Assembly (NCBI GenBank): GCA_951406725.2
Contig: OX597834.1
Location: 40,486,001 to 40,550,000 of the forward strand
Direction of reading: 5' to 3'
From: Octopus vulgaris
Taxonomy: Eukaryota
Length of the DNA stretch: 64,000 bases
Shown here: one piece after another, positions 43,671-58,729 of the stretch
Layout of the letters: each line of letters opens with the position of its first letter
Numbering within the stretch: position 1 is the stretch's first letter
Position numbers and translations under genes: made by a program
Notes under the pieces: model-generated
What the model was told of the DNA's origin: nothing
Seen by the model: only the letters and a program-made list of their open reading frames with translations
Databases searched by the model: none

Positions 43671-44741
43671 CACACACACACACACACATATAAAATATAT
43701 AAAACTCACACATGCACACACACTTTTATATTATTTTGCGGGCTTTTTACGATTGCAAGCTTATTGAGTTCAAATTTTGTCACGTTTTTGTATTTCATTT
43801 TATTCGCATTCGTTCCGTTTTCTCAATTTCTTTCTTCTTTTTATACATTTTTGTGTTAAGGTACATTATCGAGAGCCTGTTGAATAGCTCTTCTATTCAA
43901 AACCTTATGTCATCGTCTATGCCTTTTTTTGTTTTCATATTTATCGTTTTGCGTTCTGTTTGAATTTTCTTCACAGATAGAGAATGAAAAATGTCTAACT
44001 ATTGAAACCTTATGTATCCTGTAAAAAAAAAGCCCAAAGAACAACAACAAAAAGCTAAAAAGATCTATTTTTATCATCTAGTTTTGATTTATTATACATT
44101 ATATTTTCATATTATTTTCAGTTTATTTTTCATATTATTTTTTCAGTTTATATACATTTATATATTATTCAGAGACTTTCAAAATGGCTAACTATTCTGA
44201 GCTTCCTCGGTCTTTCCAGTTATTTATGTATTTATTTATATAGTTATGTATTTATTTATTTATTTATTTAGCAATTTGTATCTGTACAAAATGAAAACGA
44301 GGTTACATCAAACGACATGCCACTGAAAGGCATCGGTAGGTAAAGTGTAAAGCTTTTAGGAGAAAAGTAAGGATTAGAGCACGAGAAGGAAGATATATGA
44401 ATAAAAAAAGAAGAAAGAGTGAGAAAAAAGCGAAAATATTATGAATAATAAATGAATAAATAAATATATATGCAGAAATAAGAAAGTATTCACCCACTCT
44501 CACACATAAAAAAAATATATATGTAGTTTCTAAAAATGCATCATACTAGTAATGATGTTTCAATTGAGATTCAGAAAAGTGCAGTCCAGTTGCAAGGAAC
44601 TACAATATTATTGAACAGGCCAATCATATTACACTGCTTGCTTCCTCCCCACTGGCATCAAGGAAGAACGGAAGCAATCGAACCATTTCTTGTGAAGTAC
44701 GAGTCTTTTCCGGCACAGCAATACATTTGATGAAGTAATCG

Positions 44742-44840
<99 letters not shown>

Positions 44841-44922
44841 TATGTGCACATTTATGATTATATATAGTATATAAGTGTGCATCTTTATATGCAAATATAT
44901 TTATATGGGTATGTGCGTCATG

Positions 44923-44971
<49 letters not shown>

Positions 44972-45214
44972 ATATGTGCACATTTATGATTATATATGCA
45001 TATATAAGTGTGCATCTTTATATGCAAATATATTTATATGGGTATGTGCGTCATGTGTATATATATATATATATATATGGTAAGTAAATTGATATATATA
45101 TAGATACATATACACAAGCACACACACATATATCTATGCACACACAGACACAGACACACATATGCACACACATTCATAAATAAATGTAGACGCATATATG
45201 CATATACATATACA

Positions 45215-45275
<61 letters not shown>

Positions 45276-46588
45276 ATACACACGCATACAAGAAATGTTT
45301 ATGCACACACATACACACATGTATATATATATGTATGTACATATGTCTGTATGTTAAGACGAGGATATTGACTACCAGAAAAGAATATTAAAAATGAGAC
45401 CCCCAATTGATATGATTAATATTGTACAAATTTGTAACACTGCAATGCACACACACACATGTACATACACACACACGCACACACACACACACACACACAC
45501 ACGCACGCACACACACACACACACGTATATATATAGATACATGGTGTGCAAATGGATCTATTTATGCATAAATATCTATACATACTGTGCACATGTATGC
45601 AAATATACACATATGTACATATGAATATATGTATATACATATTTATACATATTTATATATATATATTTATATATATATGTATGTATATATGTATATATAC
45701 ATATGTATATATGCATATATATGTATGTAAACATATTTAATACAAGTATATACATAAACATATATATATATATACATAAATATATATATATATACGTAAA
45801 TATATATATATACATATATATATATAAATATATATATACATATATATATGTATGTGTGTGTGTGTGTGTTGTGTGTGTGTATACATACATACATACATAC
45901 ATTAATCTACATTTGTAAGCATGTATACATGCACATGTAGACACACACACACATAGATAGATAGAGAAATTGATAGAGTGATAGATGAGCAAGCACACGC
46001 ACTCATACATACACACGCTCGCACAGACAGACACACACACACACACACACACAGACACACTGACGCACACACGCACATAAACACACACTTGCATGCATAT
46101 GAAAGAACACATGCCTACACTTCCTGCGTTACATACGTTTTTTATTCACCTTGTATAAGCCAGCCGCACTCATAGAAATTCCTCGGTTATTTTAAAAACT
46201 GTAAAATAGTTGGAAGTTGGTAGGGAAACAAGGAATATAAGGGTGGGGCACAATGGGTAATATTTATTGTATTTTTGATTTTGTGAAGAAATATATATCT
46301 TTACAAATGTTCACTACTTTACAAAGATTATATCATCTAAGCGAATGACCTTCTTTAAATGTATTCACAACACTATTGCGTATTCAGAACACCATTTCAG
46401 AAAATCATCTTTGTTTTCCTTGAGAATGCAAAAGACAAATTTAGGCGGGCAAAATGAGTAAGACAAAGACAAGGTCAATTTGCCCTTTCCGTTCTTTAGA
46501 TTTACGTTTTAAAACAGACTCATACACATCAATATCCATCCTTAGACATTAAGAAGGGGTCGGAAATGCAGCAAAAAATCAAACATGT

Positions 46589-47555
46589 ACTCTTTTACGC
46601 TTTTACTCGTTTCAGCCATGCGGTCGTGGTCATGCTGGAGCACCACCATGCTCTTTCTGATTTCCTCAGTCCGGGTGTTTCACATCACCGCTCTTGCTTG
46701 TGCCTTTGTCCCGGTTACATTTGGTACATTTGGTGTATAAGGGAGTTCGATTCCGCTGTCCTAGGGAACAGCACTTCATATCGGACTGTTGGTTCATCCG
46801 GTATTGTGGAGAGTAGGAGGGCTACTTCCCATTTGAAGGCATCTGCTTCCACCTTATGCAGATTTCTTAATTTTTGTGGCAGGGCCCTGAAGAGCTGTGG
46901 CCCTTTGAACCCTAGACTATTGCAGTACCTGATCCTGAACTTAGAGTGGAAGGTACTTTAGGTAGAATACAATGGCGGCCACTTCTGGCATTTGTCTAAC
47001 ACTCAATACCGAAGTTAGGTACGAATACTTCTAGGATTTTCCGTATGTATATTATTGAATGTCTCTCACGCCTTCGCTCCAGGGAGTGAAGCTGTAGTTT
47101 TCTCACCCTATCTCTGTAGCTCATCCGCTGCACTGTTCAATATTTTTAGTGTAGTGGTCTTGGACTGCTTCAAGCTCCGCTGTTACTTTAGCACTATGTA
47201 GTAACCATAACTGGGAGCAGTAATCCAGGCGGCTGAGAACAAAGGTTCTCCACAGGGACAACATAGTTTCTTGGTCTTTTGTCTTGAAGGGCCACAGTAT
47301 CCATCCTGCCAGCTGTCTGCACTTTGCTGACATCTTGCTTAATGTGCGTATAAAATGATGCATCATTGCACATACTGATCCCCAAATCTTTCACTGCCTG
47401 TGATTCTGGGATTGTAGTTCCTTCGGGTCCTCTATATGTAGATTGTACTCTATTCGCTGTATTCGTAAGTTGATAGTACAGTGCTTGAAATTTTCCAGCA
47501 TTAGACTGCATGTTGTTTATTTCGGCCCACTTGTATATGGAATTTAGGTCCGGCT
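46589..47555 (-). pseudogene. 5'-truncated, degraded CR1/L2-group LINE, relative of the intact element
   Basis: VKDLGI, CRQLAGWIL, SRLDYCSQLW, HSLERRRER and STIPDEP parallel the ORF2 C-terminus at 4968-5800; frameshifted. Confidence 0.85.
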
Positions 47556-47869
47556 GTATAGGTCAAATGAAAGAGGTTCTTGGAAAAATGGCACGTGATA
47601 TGAAATTAAGGAAATTCGACTATGTCTAAGAACTCAACACGAAATAGTCTCTATAGCTCCTTTTTGATCTGCAAAAGTGGCTCTCTTCTCTATATATTTA
47701 CATATCATACAGTTAGAAAGATGAAATGATTGAAATTACTCGTTACTCGTTTTGCCCCACTTTAGTGGTCTTTCTTTCGAAAATTGAAAATTGAAAATTA
47801 TAAAATTAGACGTTCGTGAGAGGGAAAAAATTGATTTGGAATCCAACAGAGAATTTTGATTGTTTAGCA

Positions 47870-47909
<40 letters not shown>

Positions 47910-48271
47910 ATGTATGTATGTTTGTATCTATCTATCTATATACATACATGTATACATACACACACATACACGCACACACACATATGCATATTCATACACA
48001 TACACACACACACATACACATACATACATACATACTTACATACATACATACATACAAAGACAAACACTCACATGTGATTAGGAAGACGAGATTGCCAGAG
48101 AGAAATATGGAAGGAAAGGGAGGAGAGGACAAAAGATAGATAGACAGATAAAGAGAGAGGGGAGAAATAGAGAGAGAGAGAGAGAAAGAGAGTCAAAGAG
48201 AAGAAGAAAGACAGAGAGAGAGAGAAAGGAGTAAAACATAAGAAAACAACATTGAACAAATCATATTGAAA

Positions 48272-48662
48272 TCTCTCTCTATATAAAGCTGAAGTTCTCT
48301 GTGTATGGCAGGTTTGGTAGCCTTCAACTAACACTATCTCCTCCAAGACCCTGCGGCGCAAGTTGACCAAAATTGAAAGTATGATAGAAGAAGGATTGCT
48401 CTTCCTTCTGTAGAAGAAAAAGTTCAAATCGGACCATATTAACACCAAAAATTATTTACATCAAAAAGGTGCTTTTTTTCTATGAAAATGCAATTATTTA
48501 CCATTTTTTGACTGCTGTGTCGCCATTTTTCGGTGTATTTCAACCAGAAAAATGTTCACTTAAAGAGAATAACAAGCTACATAATGCAAAATTTTTACTT
48601 TTCAAAAATCCCAATTCTAAGGGTTGGAAATAAACCCGAGCAACGCCGGGTGATACTGCTAG
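48272..48662 (+). mobile_element. Non-autonomous Helitron
   Basis: A|TCTCTC start, CCCGAGCAACGCCGGG hairpin, CTAG|T end. Confidence 0.85.
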
Positions 48663-48722
48663 TAAATATAAAACTTGATGTGATGTGAAAAACATAAGGT
48701 AATGTTGTTATTGTTGTTGTTT

Positions 48723-48757
<35 letters not shown>

Positions 48758-48866
48758 GCTGTTGTTGTTGTTGTTGCTGTTGTTGTTGTTGTTGTTGTTG
48801 CTGTTGTTGTTGTTGCTGTTGTTGTTGTTGCTGTTGTTGCTGTTGTTGTTGTTGTTATTGTTGTTG

Positions 48867-48898
<32 letters not shown>

Positions 48899-49403
48899 GT
48901 TATTGCTGTTGTTGATTTTGGTGTTGTTGGTGTTTTTTTTTTCCGTCCACTATATTCACTCAAAAGGCATCAGCTGGCCCCGAAGCAATTACAGAAGAAA
49001 TTTGCCCAAGGTACCAACCAGTGGGACTGAACCCGGAACCATGTGGTTGAGAAGCAAGCTACTTACCACACAACCACACCTGTTCTTATGTGTTGCGTGT
49101 TACGACAAATTAACTCGCCTTCTCCTAAGAGATGCTATCTTCACGTCCAAGTCTACGCCTGACATTGTCAAAAGACAAATGGCTGGCGTTCTAAGTACAA
49201 GAGATTGGCAGCTGAGAGATTCGCCTTCCATCACCTCAGCTGCCACCGTTTCACAACCAAAATGAATCAATTAACCAAAATCTTGGCGATTCCAGAAAAC
49301 ACTTTCAAAACGTTATCATTTTCATGTCTCCATAAAAAGAAAAAAAAAAATTCATGATAATTTTGTTTATCACATGATGTTGTTGCCGTCGATGTTGTTG
49401 CTG

Positions 49404-49440
<37 letters not shown>

Positions 49441-50203
49441 TAGTGATGGCAGCGGCGGCGGAGGCGGAGGCGGTGGTGGTGGCGGTGGCGGTGGTGGTGA
49501 TGGCGGCGGCGGCGGCGGTGGTGGTGGTAGTGGCGGTGGTAGTGGTGGGGGCGGCGGTGGCGGTGGTGGTGGTGGTGGTGGTGGTGGTGGTATGGCGGCG
49601 GCGGCGGTGGTGGTATGGCGGTGGTGGTGGTGGTGGTGGCGGTAGTGGTGGTGGTGGTGGTGGTGGTGGTGGCGGTGGTAGTGGTGGGGGCGGTGGTAGT
49701 GGTGGGGGCGGCGGTGGCGGTGGTGGTGGTGGTGGTGGTGGTGGTGGTGGTGGTGGCGGTGGTGGTGGTGGTGGCGGTGGTAGTGGCGGCGGTGGTGGTG
49801 GTGGTGGTGGTGGTGGTGGTGGTGGTGGTGGTGGTGGTGGTGGTGGTGGTGGGGGCGGCGGGGGCGGTGGTGGTGGTGGTGGTGGTGGTAGTGGTGGTGG
49901 TATGGCGGCGGCGGCGGCGGCGGTGGTGGTATGGCGGCGGCAGTGTTGGTGGTGGTGGTGGTGGTGGTGGTGGTGGTGGTGGTGGTGGTGGTGGTGGTGG
50001 TGGCTTTGGTGGTGGTGGTATGGTGTTGTTGGCATTGTTGTTGCCGCTAAATGTTGTTGTAAATGGTTGTTTTGGTTTTACTTTTCCTGTCTGTGTGTCG
50101 TACAGAAACTAAAGAGAAGAGATAAGACAGGCGAAAATGAAGCTCACTTTCCATAAAGATTTTGGTCATTTCCTGTTTTTTGTTGGTTATAATCAGAAAT
50201 AAG

Positions 50204-50251
<48 letters not shown>

Positions 50252-50575
50252 TAACAATAATAATAATAATAATAATAATTCGGGGAGCATCATAGCCATG
50301 TGCTGAGAGGAATTCTTTGGAATTTGAAAGATTTGAATAATTCACCTTTGGAAACATGAGTACTTCGTTCAGTATCCTTAAACAACCCTTATTCAGAGAC
50401 CTTTTGAGCAGGATGGGATACTTGACCTGAAGAACATTCTAACTGGGCCCCCACCTGCAAGGTCATGCGTGGTTTATCTTGATATGAGATCACCATGTCG
50501 TGCCAACCAATGCCTTGTGAGTGAATTTGGTAGACAGAAACCATAATAATCTTGTTACGTACAAACATACATATT

Positions 50576-50611
<36 letters not shown>

Positions 50612-50614
<3 letters not shown>

Positions 50615-50742
50615 GATGTCCCAAAAAAATGTATACACATAGTGGTTCGGCAAAAGAGAACGATAGAATAAGTACTAGGCTTACAAAGAATAACAAATTT
50701 ACAATTATTTAAGGTGTGTATACATTTTTTGGGGACACCCTG
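50612..50742. mobile_element. Small Tc1/mariner-type MITE with internal SINE B fragment
   Basis: TIRs CAGGATGTCCCAAAAAAATGTATACAC and GTGTATACATTTTTTGGGGACACCCTG, flanked by TA repeats. Confidence 0.75.
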
Positions 50743-51049
50743 TATATATATATATATAGTCAATTCAAAAATAGAGAAAACGAAAGAAACAAACGAACAT
50801 GTAGACGTTGCGCAAACAATGTATTAATAAGACGCTCAGAGAAGGAAAAGGGTAGTAGTTTTACGTTTCGAGCATAGCTCTTCTTCGGAAACAGAAAAAA
50901 AATCAGGAAGTCCAAGACGAAGGAGAAAAAAATAATCGCCAACAATCACATACGGTTACATTTTTGAAGTGACCGGAAGTAGAAAGAACGAAGAAAAGTG
51001 CTTTCTGAGAAAAGAGAGTGTAAAAGTGGTCAGTATGTTTGTGTATGCG

Positions 51050-51372
51050 TGTGGACAAGTGTTTCCTAATGTAGCCTCCGGACTACCAAAGCCTTGTGAG
51101 TGAATTTGGTAGACGGAAACTGAAAGAAGCCCGTTATATATGTGTGTTATATATGTATGTATGTGTATTTGTGTGTCTGTGTTTGTCTTCTCACCATCCC
51201 CTGATAACCGATGTTAGCGTGTTTACGTCCCCGTAAATAGCGTTTCGGCAAAAGAGACATATAGAAAAAGTACTAGGGATACAAAGAATAAGTCCTGGGG
51301 TCGATTTGTTCGATTAAAGGCGGTGCTCCAGCATGGCTGCAGTCAAATGACTGAAACAAGTAAAAGAGTAAA
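51050..51372 (+). mobile_element. SINE family B, body and tail
   Basis: GCCTTGTGAGTGAATTTGGTAGACGGAAACTGAAAGAAGCCC .. GGCGGTGCTCCAGCATGG .. AAGTAAAAGAGT, repeated across the window. Confidence 0.82.
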
Positions 51373-51395
51373 ATGGATTATACATACATATATAT

Positions 51396-51452
<57 letters not shown>

Positions 51453-51560
51453 TCTAGCAAAATCTATCCGACAAACGGCAACGGGAAACTCAGAGTAACA
51501 GGTTTTGTTGAATTTTCTGGTGCTTTGAATAAAGTATATATGTATATATATATATGTATA

Positions 51561-51622
<62 letters not shown>

Positions 51623-52092
51623 TGTATATATATACGTGTGGGTGTAAAAATATACGTATGTGTATATAAAAATATACACGTATGTGTATAAAAGAATGAA
51701 TTGTGTGTAAGTGTGTGTGTGTGCATTCATACACACACACATACTTAACACACACACACAGAACACACACACACACGCACGCACGCCCTCATACACACGC
51801 TCGCGCCGTATAATAGAAACGAAAATAAAAATAAAGAGAGATCAAAGCAGAAAACATATATAATGGATAAATATTTCTGGGCATTAATGGCTTCTTTCTT
51901 TTTTTAATAGTTCGTCGTATTATGTGAGCTGTGTACGTGAAGAAAGTGTTTGGTTCGAATAGAAGATTAACAAGACGGCCATTTGCAAGAAATATACTGT
52001 TGCATTAAGTTTAGGCAGAATATTTTTACGCAAGATCTTTACATTGAACCGAAAATTCGTTGGTGAATATATACATTCACAGTAATGATTCC

Positions 52093-52175
<83 letters not shown>

Positions 52176-52436
52176 GTATGTATGTATTTATGTATGTATG
52201 TATGTATGTGTATATGTATGTATGTCTGTATAAGTTTGTGAGTCTGTGTTATTCACCGCCACCGTCGCCTGACAACTGAAGTTGGTGTGTTTACGTCCCG
52301 TAACTTAGCGGTTCGGCAAAAGATACAGATAAAATAAGTACTAGGCTTACAAAAAGTAAGTCCCGGGTCGATTCGTTCGACTGAAGGCGGTGCTCTAGCA
52401 TGTCTGCAGTCAAATGACTGAAACAAGAAAATGAAT

Positions 52437-52480
<44 letters not shown>

Positions 52481-52485
<5 letters not shown>

Positions 52486-53340
52486 CAACTTCAGTTATCG
52501 ACCATAATTCTGAAAGTCTGTTCGAAAACCGAATTACTCGAGAACCAAAGAGATGAATTCGTTTCCAAGCTCCAGATGAATGCTTATTTTGATGCTTACA
52601 CTATATATTTTGATATAAAAACGTTTATTCAAACTGCAAATAACCTACAAAATTGTGTTATTTCTTAGATGGAGTCCCCTTTCATAAAACCTTCTGGTAG
52701 CTGTCTTTCAGGGGTTTCTTCCCTTCTCTGTCTCTTTGGTTCAGATAAATCTTTCTCTGGAGTTTCTTTTCTTTTTTCTTTCAGTAAAAACCTGTCCAAT
52801 GTTAGTTGTTTTTGCCTGCGTCGTAAAATATTTCAAAAAGGAGACCTGACATTGTCATTGAGAAGTCTTACTGCTCTATTTGCTACCACTGTATTATCAG
52901 GGTGATATTTTCCCACAAAGCTTTGCACATCACCCCATTTGGCAGAAATGTCTTTGATTAAAAAACTTAGGACGCCCCCCTTCCTTCCTTCTCCTTAAAG
53001 GACATTTCCTCAGTCGAAGTCTTTTGCTGTTCATTTCGAAGGTGTACATTCTCTTCGATGGTAAGCTCAGAACGGTGGTCTCCCCCCAGCACTTCAATAT
53101 CTTCACTGACGTCTCCAAGCCCATAGATTTTCCCATAGTTTTTACATGCATAAATAAATGGATGGATATCCGTCTGTTTCGACGAAGTGGATTCAGTGGT
53201 AGAATCAGCCAAACTTTCACTTCTTTCAATTAGCCAGTAAGTCGGTGACCATTCTGCGGTTACATGTACTCTTAAAGACATTCTCAAGTAGAACCAGCGC
53301 TGTTATCCTTTGAATTAGAGGTATAATCCACAGGACGAGC
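52481..53340 (-). pseudogene. Tigger/pogo-like DNA transposon 3' remnant
   Basis: Fragments EDIEVL..SELTIEE, KWGDVQSFVGKYHPD, NRAVRLLNDN and RRRQKQLTLDRFL resemble Tigger transposase C-termini; TIR-like end abuts (TA)n. Confidence 0.65.
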
Positions 53341-53852
53341 TTTTGTACAGTATCCCCTCTCCCTAAATTCATTCTCAAGATATAGCTATAGAGAATTTAC
53401 ATTGGCCTACAGTGCTACGTAGTGATGGGATCGAAACCGGGACCTTGCAGTTGCGAAGCAAACTCGTTAACCATTCGGTCGCACTTAACTAATATGTGTG
53501 TGTGAGTGTGTATGTGAATGTGTGCGTGTGTGTGTGTGAGAGAGAGAGAGTGTGTGCATCTGTCTGTATACATATATATATGAATGTATATATATGGGGG
53601 GGTGTATATACATATGTGTATATATATATATGTGTGTGTGTGTCTGTATATATATATATGAAACAGCTGGAATATTCATTGTCGAAAGCGATGTAGGATC
53701 TGTTTATTTTCACATGCATATCTACGTGTGTATGTATATGTACATATATGTGTGTGTGTGTGCGCGCGTGTATGTGTATGTATATATATTTATATTATTA
53801 TATATGTATGTATACATATATATTTATATATATGTATATATATCTATGTATG

Positions 53853-53886
<34 letters not shown>

Positions 53887-54096
53887 CATATATCTATATA
53901 TACATACATATATCTATATATACATACATATATCTATATATACATACATACATACATATACACATGCATATATGCTATCGGGGCGGCATCATTCGAAAGT
54001 GTAAAGCGCATTGTGACCAGCAATGTATAACATCATCCGATAGTCTGATCGATCACATGATTAATATCACAAGATCACGCGATATGTGTGTGTATG

Positions 54097-54140
<44 letters not shown>

Positions 54141-54229
54141 CATACATACATACATACATACATACATACATAGATATATATATATATATATAGACTATGT
54201 ATGTATGTATGTATACATGTATGTTATAT

Positions 54230-54269
<40 letters not shown>

Positions 54270-54406
54270 CATACACACATATCGCGTGATCTTGTGATCA
54301 TGTGATGTATGTATGTATTGTATGTATGTACACGTATGATGCCGCCGTATATATGTATGTGATATGTATGTATGTATATATAGATATATATATATGAATA
54401 TATATG

Positions 54407-54460
<54 letters not shown>

Positions 54461-55413
54461 TTATACACACGCACACACACACACACTCATATGTATGCAC
54501 ATATATATGTGCGTGTCTGTCTGTGTGTTTGTGTGTGTGTGTGTTTGTGTGCGCTGGGCAGTGGGCAAAACAGAAGACATCACGGAACAGGTTATATGGA
54601 TATATATTAGTGAGTAATTTTATGTGATTGTGTGTATGAGTGTACGTATACACATTTTTGCACGCGCACACACACACACACATGCATATATATATATACT
54701 TACACGCATACGCACATCCATGTATTCATACATTACAGTCATAAATACATACATACATACATACATACATACATACATACATACATACATACATACATAC
54801 ATACACACATTCATACATTCATACATTCAGACATACATACATAAATACATACGTACATACATCACCGACATACATACACACCCACACACGTTTCCTTGCG
54901 TGCGTTCATGATATGATTGATGGCAGCCATGTTTGAAAGACGTCAAACTGTTCGTCTGGTTGCCATTACGTTATTCTATGTATCTATAATGTTTTATGTA
55001 TAACAGCGTGTAGAATAACGGTGAACTTCAATATGTATATATATGATATGCACTTGTGTGTCTGTCTCCATAGACATCTAGAAGATGCAGGGATGGGAGT
55101 GCATCTTCATCAATGTACTTTTCTCTCATTCTCTTTTACTCTTTCCCTCTTCATCTCATTCTCTCTCTCTCTGTTTCTCTCTGTTTTTCTCTCTCTCTTT
55201 CTCTTGTTCTCGAATATGGTGTGACCAGCGAGGCATGAGTCCTCCTGTTCATCCTCTCTCTTTTTTATATATATATATATATATATATTTGTTATGCCGT
55301 CAAGTTCAAAGCAATGATGAAAAGCCTGTAATCTCCTTCATCTCTTACATTAACTAGTTCTTCCCGTCGTATCTCTTTCTCTCCTTCTCTCTTTCCTTCT
55401 CTTTGTCCCTCAG

Positions 55414-55448
<35 letters not shown>

Positions 55449-55736
55449 TTCTGTTTTCCAGTAAGCCGCTTCATTATCTGGAATAACGCAAAGATGCACA
55501 CAAACGACAATTTATTTGGTACATATGGATGTGTGCGTGTCTCTGGGCATATATATGTGTGTGTGCGTGTGCGTGTATGTCTGTATGCATGTGTGTGTAT
55601 GTAAGTATGCTTATATATATATATATAGAGAGAGAGAGAGATAGATATAGATATACGTGTGTGTATATATGTGTGGGTGCATGTATGTATATGTATGCAT
55701 GCAAGTATATTTGCATGTATTTAGTTATATATATAC

Positions 55737-55839
<103 letters not shown>

Positions 55840-56028
55840 TATATGTATGTATGGATATATATGTATATATATATATATATATACATAGATATGTATGTAT
55901 ACACGTGTATGTATATACAGAAACACACACACATTTTTATATATATATATATATATATATTTATATGTATGTATGGATATATAGATAGATAGATAGATAT
56001 GTATATATACATGTGTATGTATATACAG

Positions 56029-56095
<67 letters not shown>

Positions 56096-56630
56096 CACGC
56101 ACACATACACAAACAAACATAAGCACTGCTGAGTGGTTAAGAAGTTCATTTGGCAACCAAAGAGGTCTCAGGTTGAATTCGACTACGTAACATGTTTAGT
56201 AAATGTCTTCTACCGTAAACATGATTAGATCCAGCGTTACAAGTGAAACCGGAGACAGTGTGGCGATCGGTAAGAGTTCGTGTCTGTTCATTAAGGGATC
56301 CGCCTGTGTGACAATGTGCCACATAGTGACACAGCGTCGCGTTGATGAACACGTTACCAATATACCGTAACATGTCTCTAAAAGGCTCAGCAACTTACCT
56401 GCCAACCCTATGAACAGGTTGTTCATTTGATGAAACAGCTGGAATATTCATTGTCGAAAGCGATGTAGGATCTGTTTATTTTCACATGCATATCTACGTG
56501 TGTATGTATATGTACATATATGTGTGTGTGTGTGTGTGTGTGCGCGTGTATGTGTATGTATATATATTTATATTATTATATATGTATGTATACATATATA
56601 TGTATATATATGTATATATATATATCTATG

Positions 56631-56708
<78 letters not shown>

Positions 56709-56729
56709 TTTGAAATATTGTCTAGGTAT

Positions 56730-56803
56730 ATGCAGCTGATGAAGACAAATAAAATCTACGTATTTGTCAAACGTATTTGAAGAGTCTGAAACCGGTCCTG
56801 CAT
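56730..56803 (+). ncRNA. Type I hammerhead ribozyme motif with complete core
   Basis: Stem I ATGCAG/CTGCAT; core CTGATGA (56736-56742); stem II AGAC/GTCT; GAAA; palindromic stem III ACCGGT; GTC cleavage triplet ending at 56797. Confidence 0.7.
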
Positions 56804-56811
56804 TATCCGAT

Positions 56812-56943
<132 letters not shown>

Positions 56944-56944
56944 C

Positions 56945-56986
<42 letters not shown>

Positions 56987-57788
56987 ATATATATATGTGT
57001 GTGTGTGTGTACTCTTTACTCTTTTGCTCTTTTATTTGTTTGTCATTTGACTGCGGCTATGCTGAAGCACCACCTTTAGTCGAAAAGATCAACTCCAGAA
57101 CTTATTCTTTGTAAGCCTAGTACTAATTCTATCGGTCTCTTTTTGCCGAATGGCTAAGTTACAGGAACGTAGACACACCAACATCGATACATTGATACCC
57201 ACTACATCCACACCCACACCCCACATATCCCACTCCCATATACCCACCCTTACCTCCACACCTCCGCTCCCACATCCTCAGCCTACATCCACATCCTCAT
57301 ACCCACACCCACACCCCAGCCTCACATCCCTAAGCCCCCATACCACCACACCACACATCACCACACCACCACAACACATCACACCACACCACTCCAAACA
57401 CACTAGCACTGACCACTTCCCAGCACCCACACCACACACCATTACCTGTTCACACCATCATCCGCACGCCCACACACCGTCATCTACACATCCACACATT
57501 ACAGACACAAACACTTACACACGCACACATCCACACGTCAAAGTCACTAGCCCCTGTTCACACACACATGCACACACGCACACACACTCATTCTCACATA
57601 CACATACGCACGCGCACCACGGTTTTGGGTTCTCCAGTACTTTATTATCTCCCCTTCTTCCTAGCTTTCTTTTAAAACTTTTTCGTAACCAGTCGCCATG
57701 ATTGATCGCTTAATTCACAAGTTTTTTTTTATTCTCTCTCTCTCTTTCTCTCGCTTTCTCTTTCTTCTCTCTCTCTCTCTCTTTCTCA

Positions 57789-57826
<38 letters not shown>

Positions 57827-58027
57827 TTATTTCCTCATATTTCTCTCTGTTGAAGAGCGTATGCTCGAAGCGTAAAAGACTTTCTCACTTTCCCGAGCGT
57901 TTAACGCTTGTTGTTCATACACCTGTCTTCGTCTTTTGTTTTTCTGTAAATTTCAACTATATATATATATATACATATATATGTATGCATGTGTGTGTAT
58001 GTGTGTACATACATACATGCACTTATG

Positions 58028-58058
<31 letters not shown>

Positions 58059-58079
58059 ACATACATACGTGCACTTATG

Positions 58080-58122
<43 letters not shown>

Positions 58123-58684
58123 ATACATATGTGTGGGCGCTTAATAGTGTAGTTGTGTCTCGTGCACTATTATAAATATGTGTGTGTGTACATATGTAGA
58201 TATGTGTGTACATACATACGTGTGTGTGTGCGTGGGAGCTTAATGGTGTAGTTGTGTCTCTGTGTGCGCATGTATATGTGCGTGCTCGCCAGCGTGCGAA
58301 CGTGTCTGTGGTCGTGTGGGCGTGTGTGCGTGTGTGCGTGTGTGCGTATGTATAAATGATTCTGTTGTCTTTTTTTATTTCCCATAAATCTTCGCACGTC
58401 GACAGCAATGTCGACGTAGCTGGCATCTGTGTGAAATCAAAGACAAACAGCCATCTCCTCCGCATCTTTATTTCCTCATCAAAAGAATCTGTTGCTTCTC
58501 TGACACAGCCATGGAATCTTTCCTTTGGCCGTCGCAGAATCCTTCACACCATGTGACCATCGTTTTAGCTATGGCACGCCATACAATATTTCGATAAATC
58601 ATTCCGTTGCGGCAACAAGCACACACACACACAAACGTACACACATATTAAAATGACGTGCACATATACACACACACACACACG

Positions 58685-58729
<45 letters not shown>

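Noticed and set aside
49375-50030. Glycine-rich or proline-rich protein gene
   Set aside because: A (GGT/GGC)n compound microsatellite open in several frames, similar to tracts at 2470-2610 and 23630-23800.
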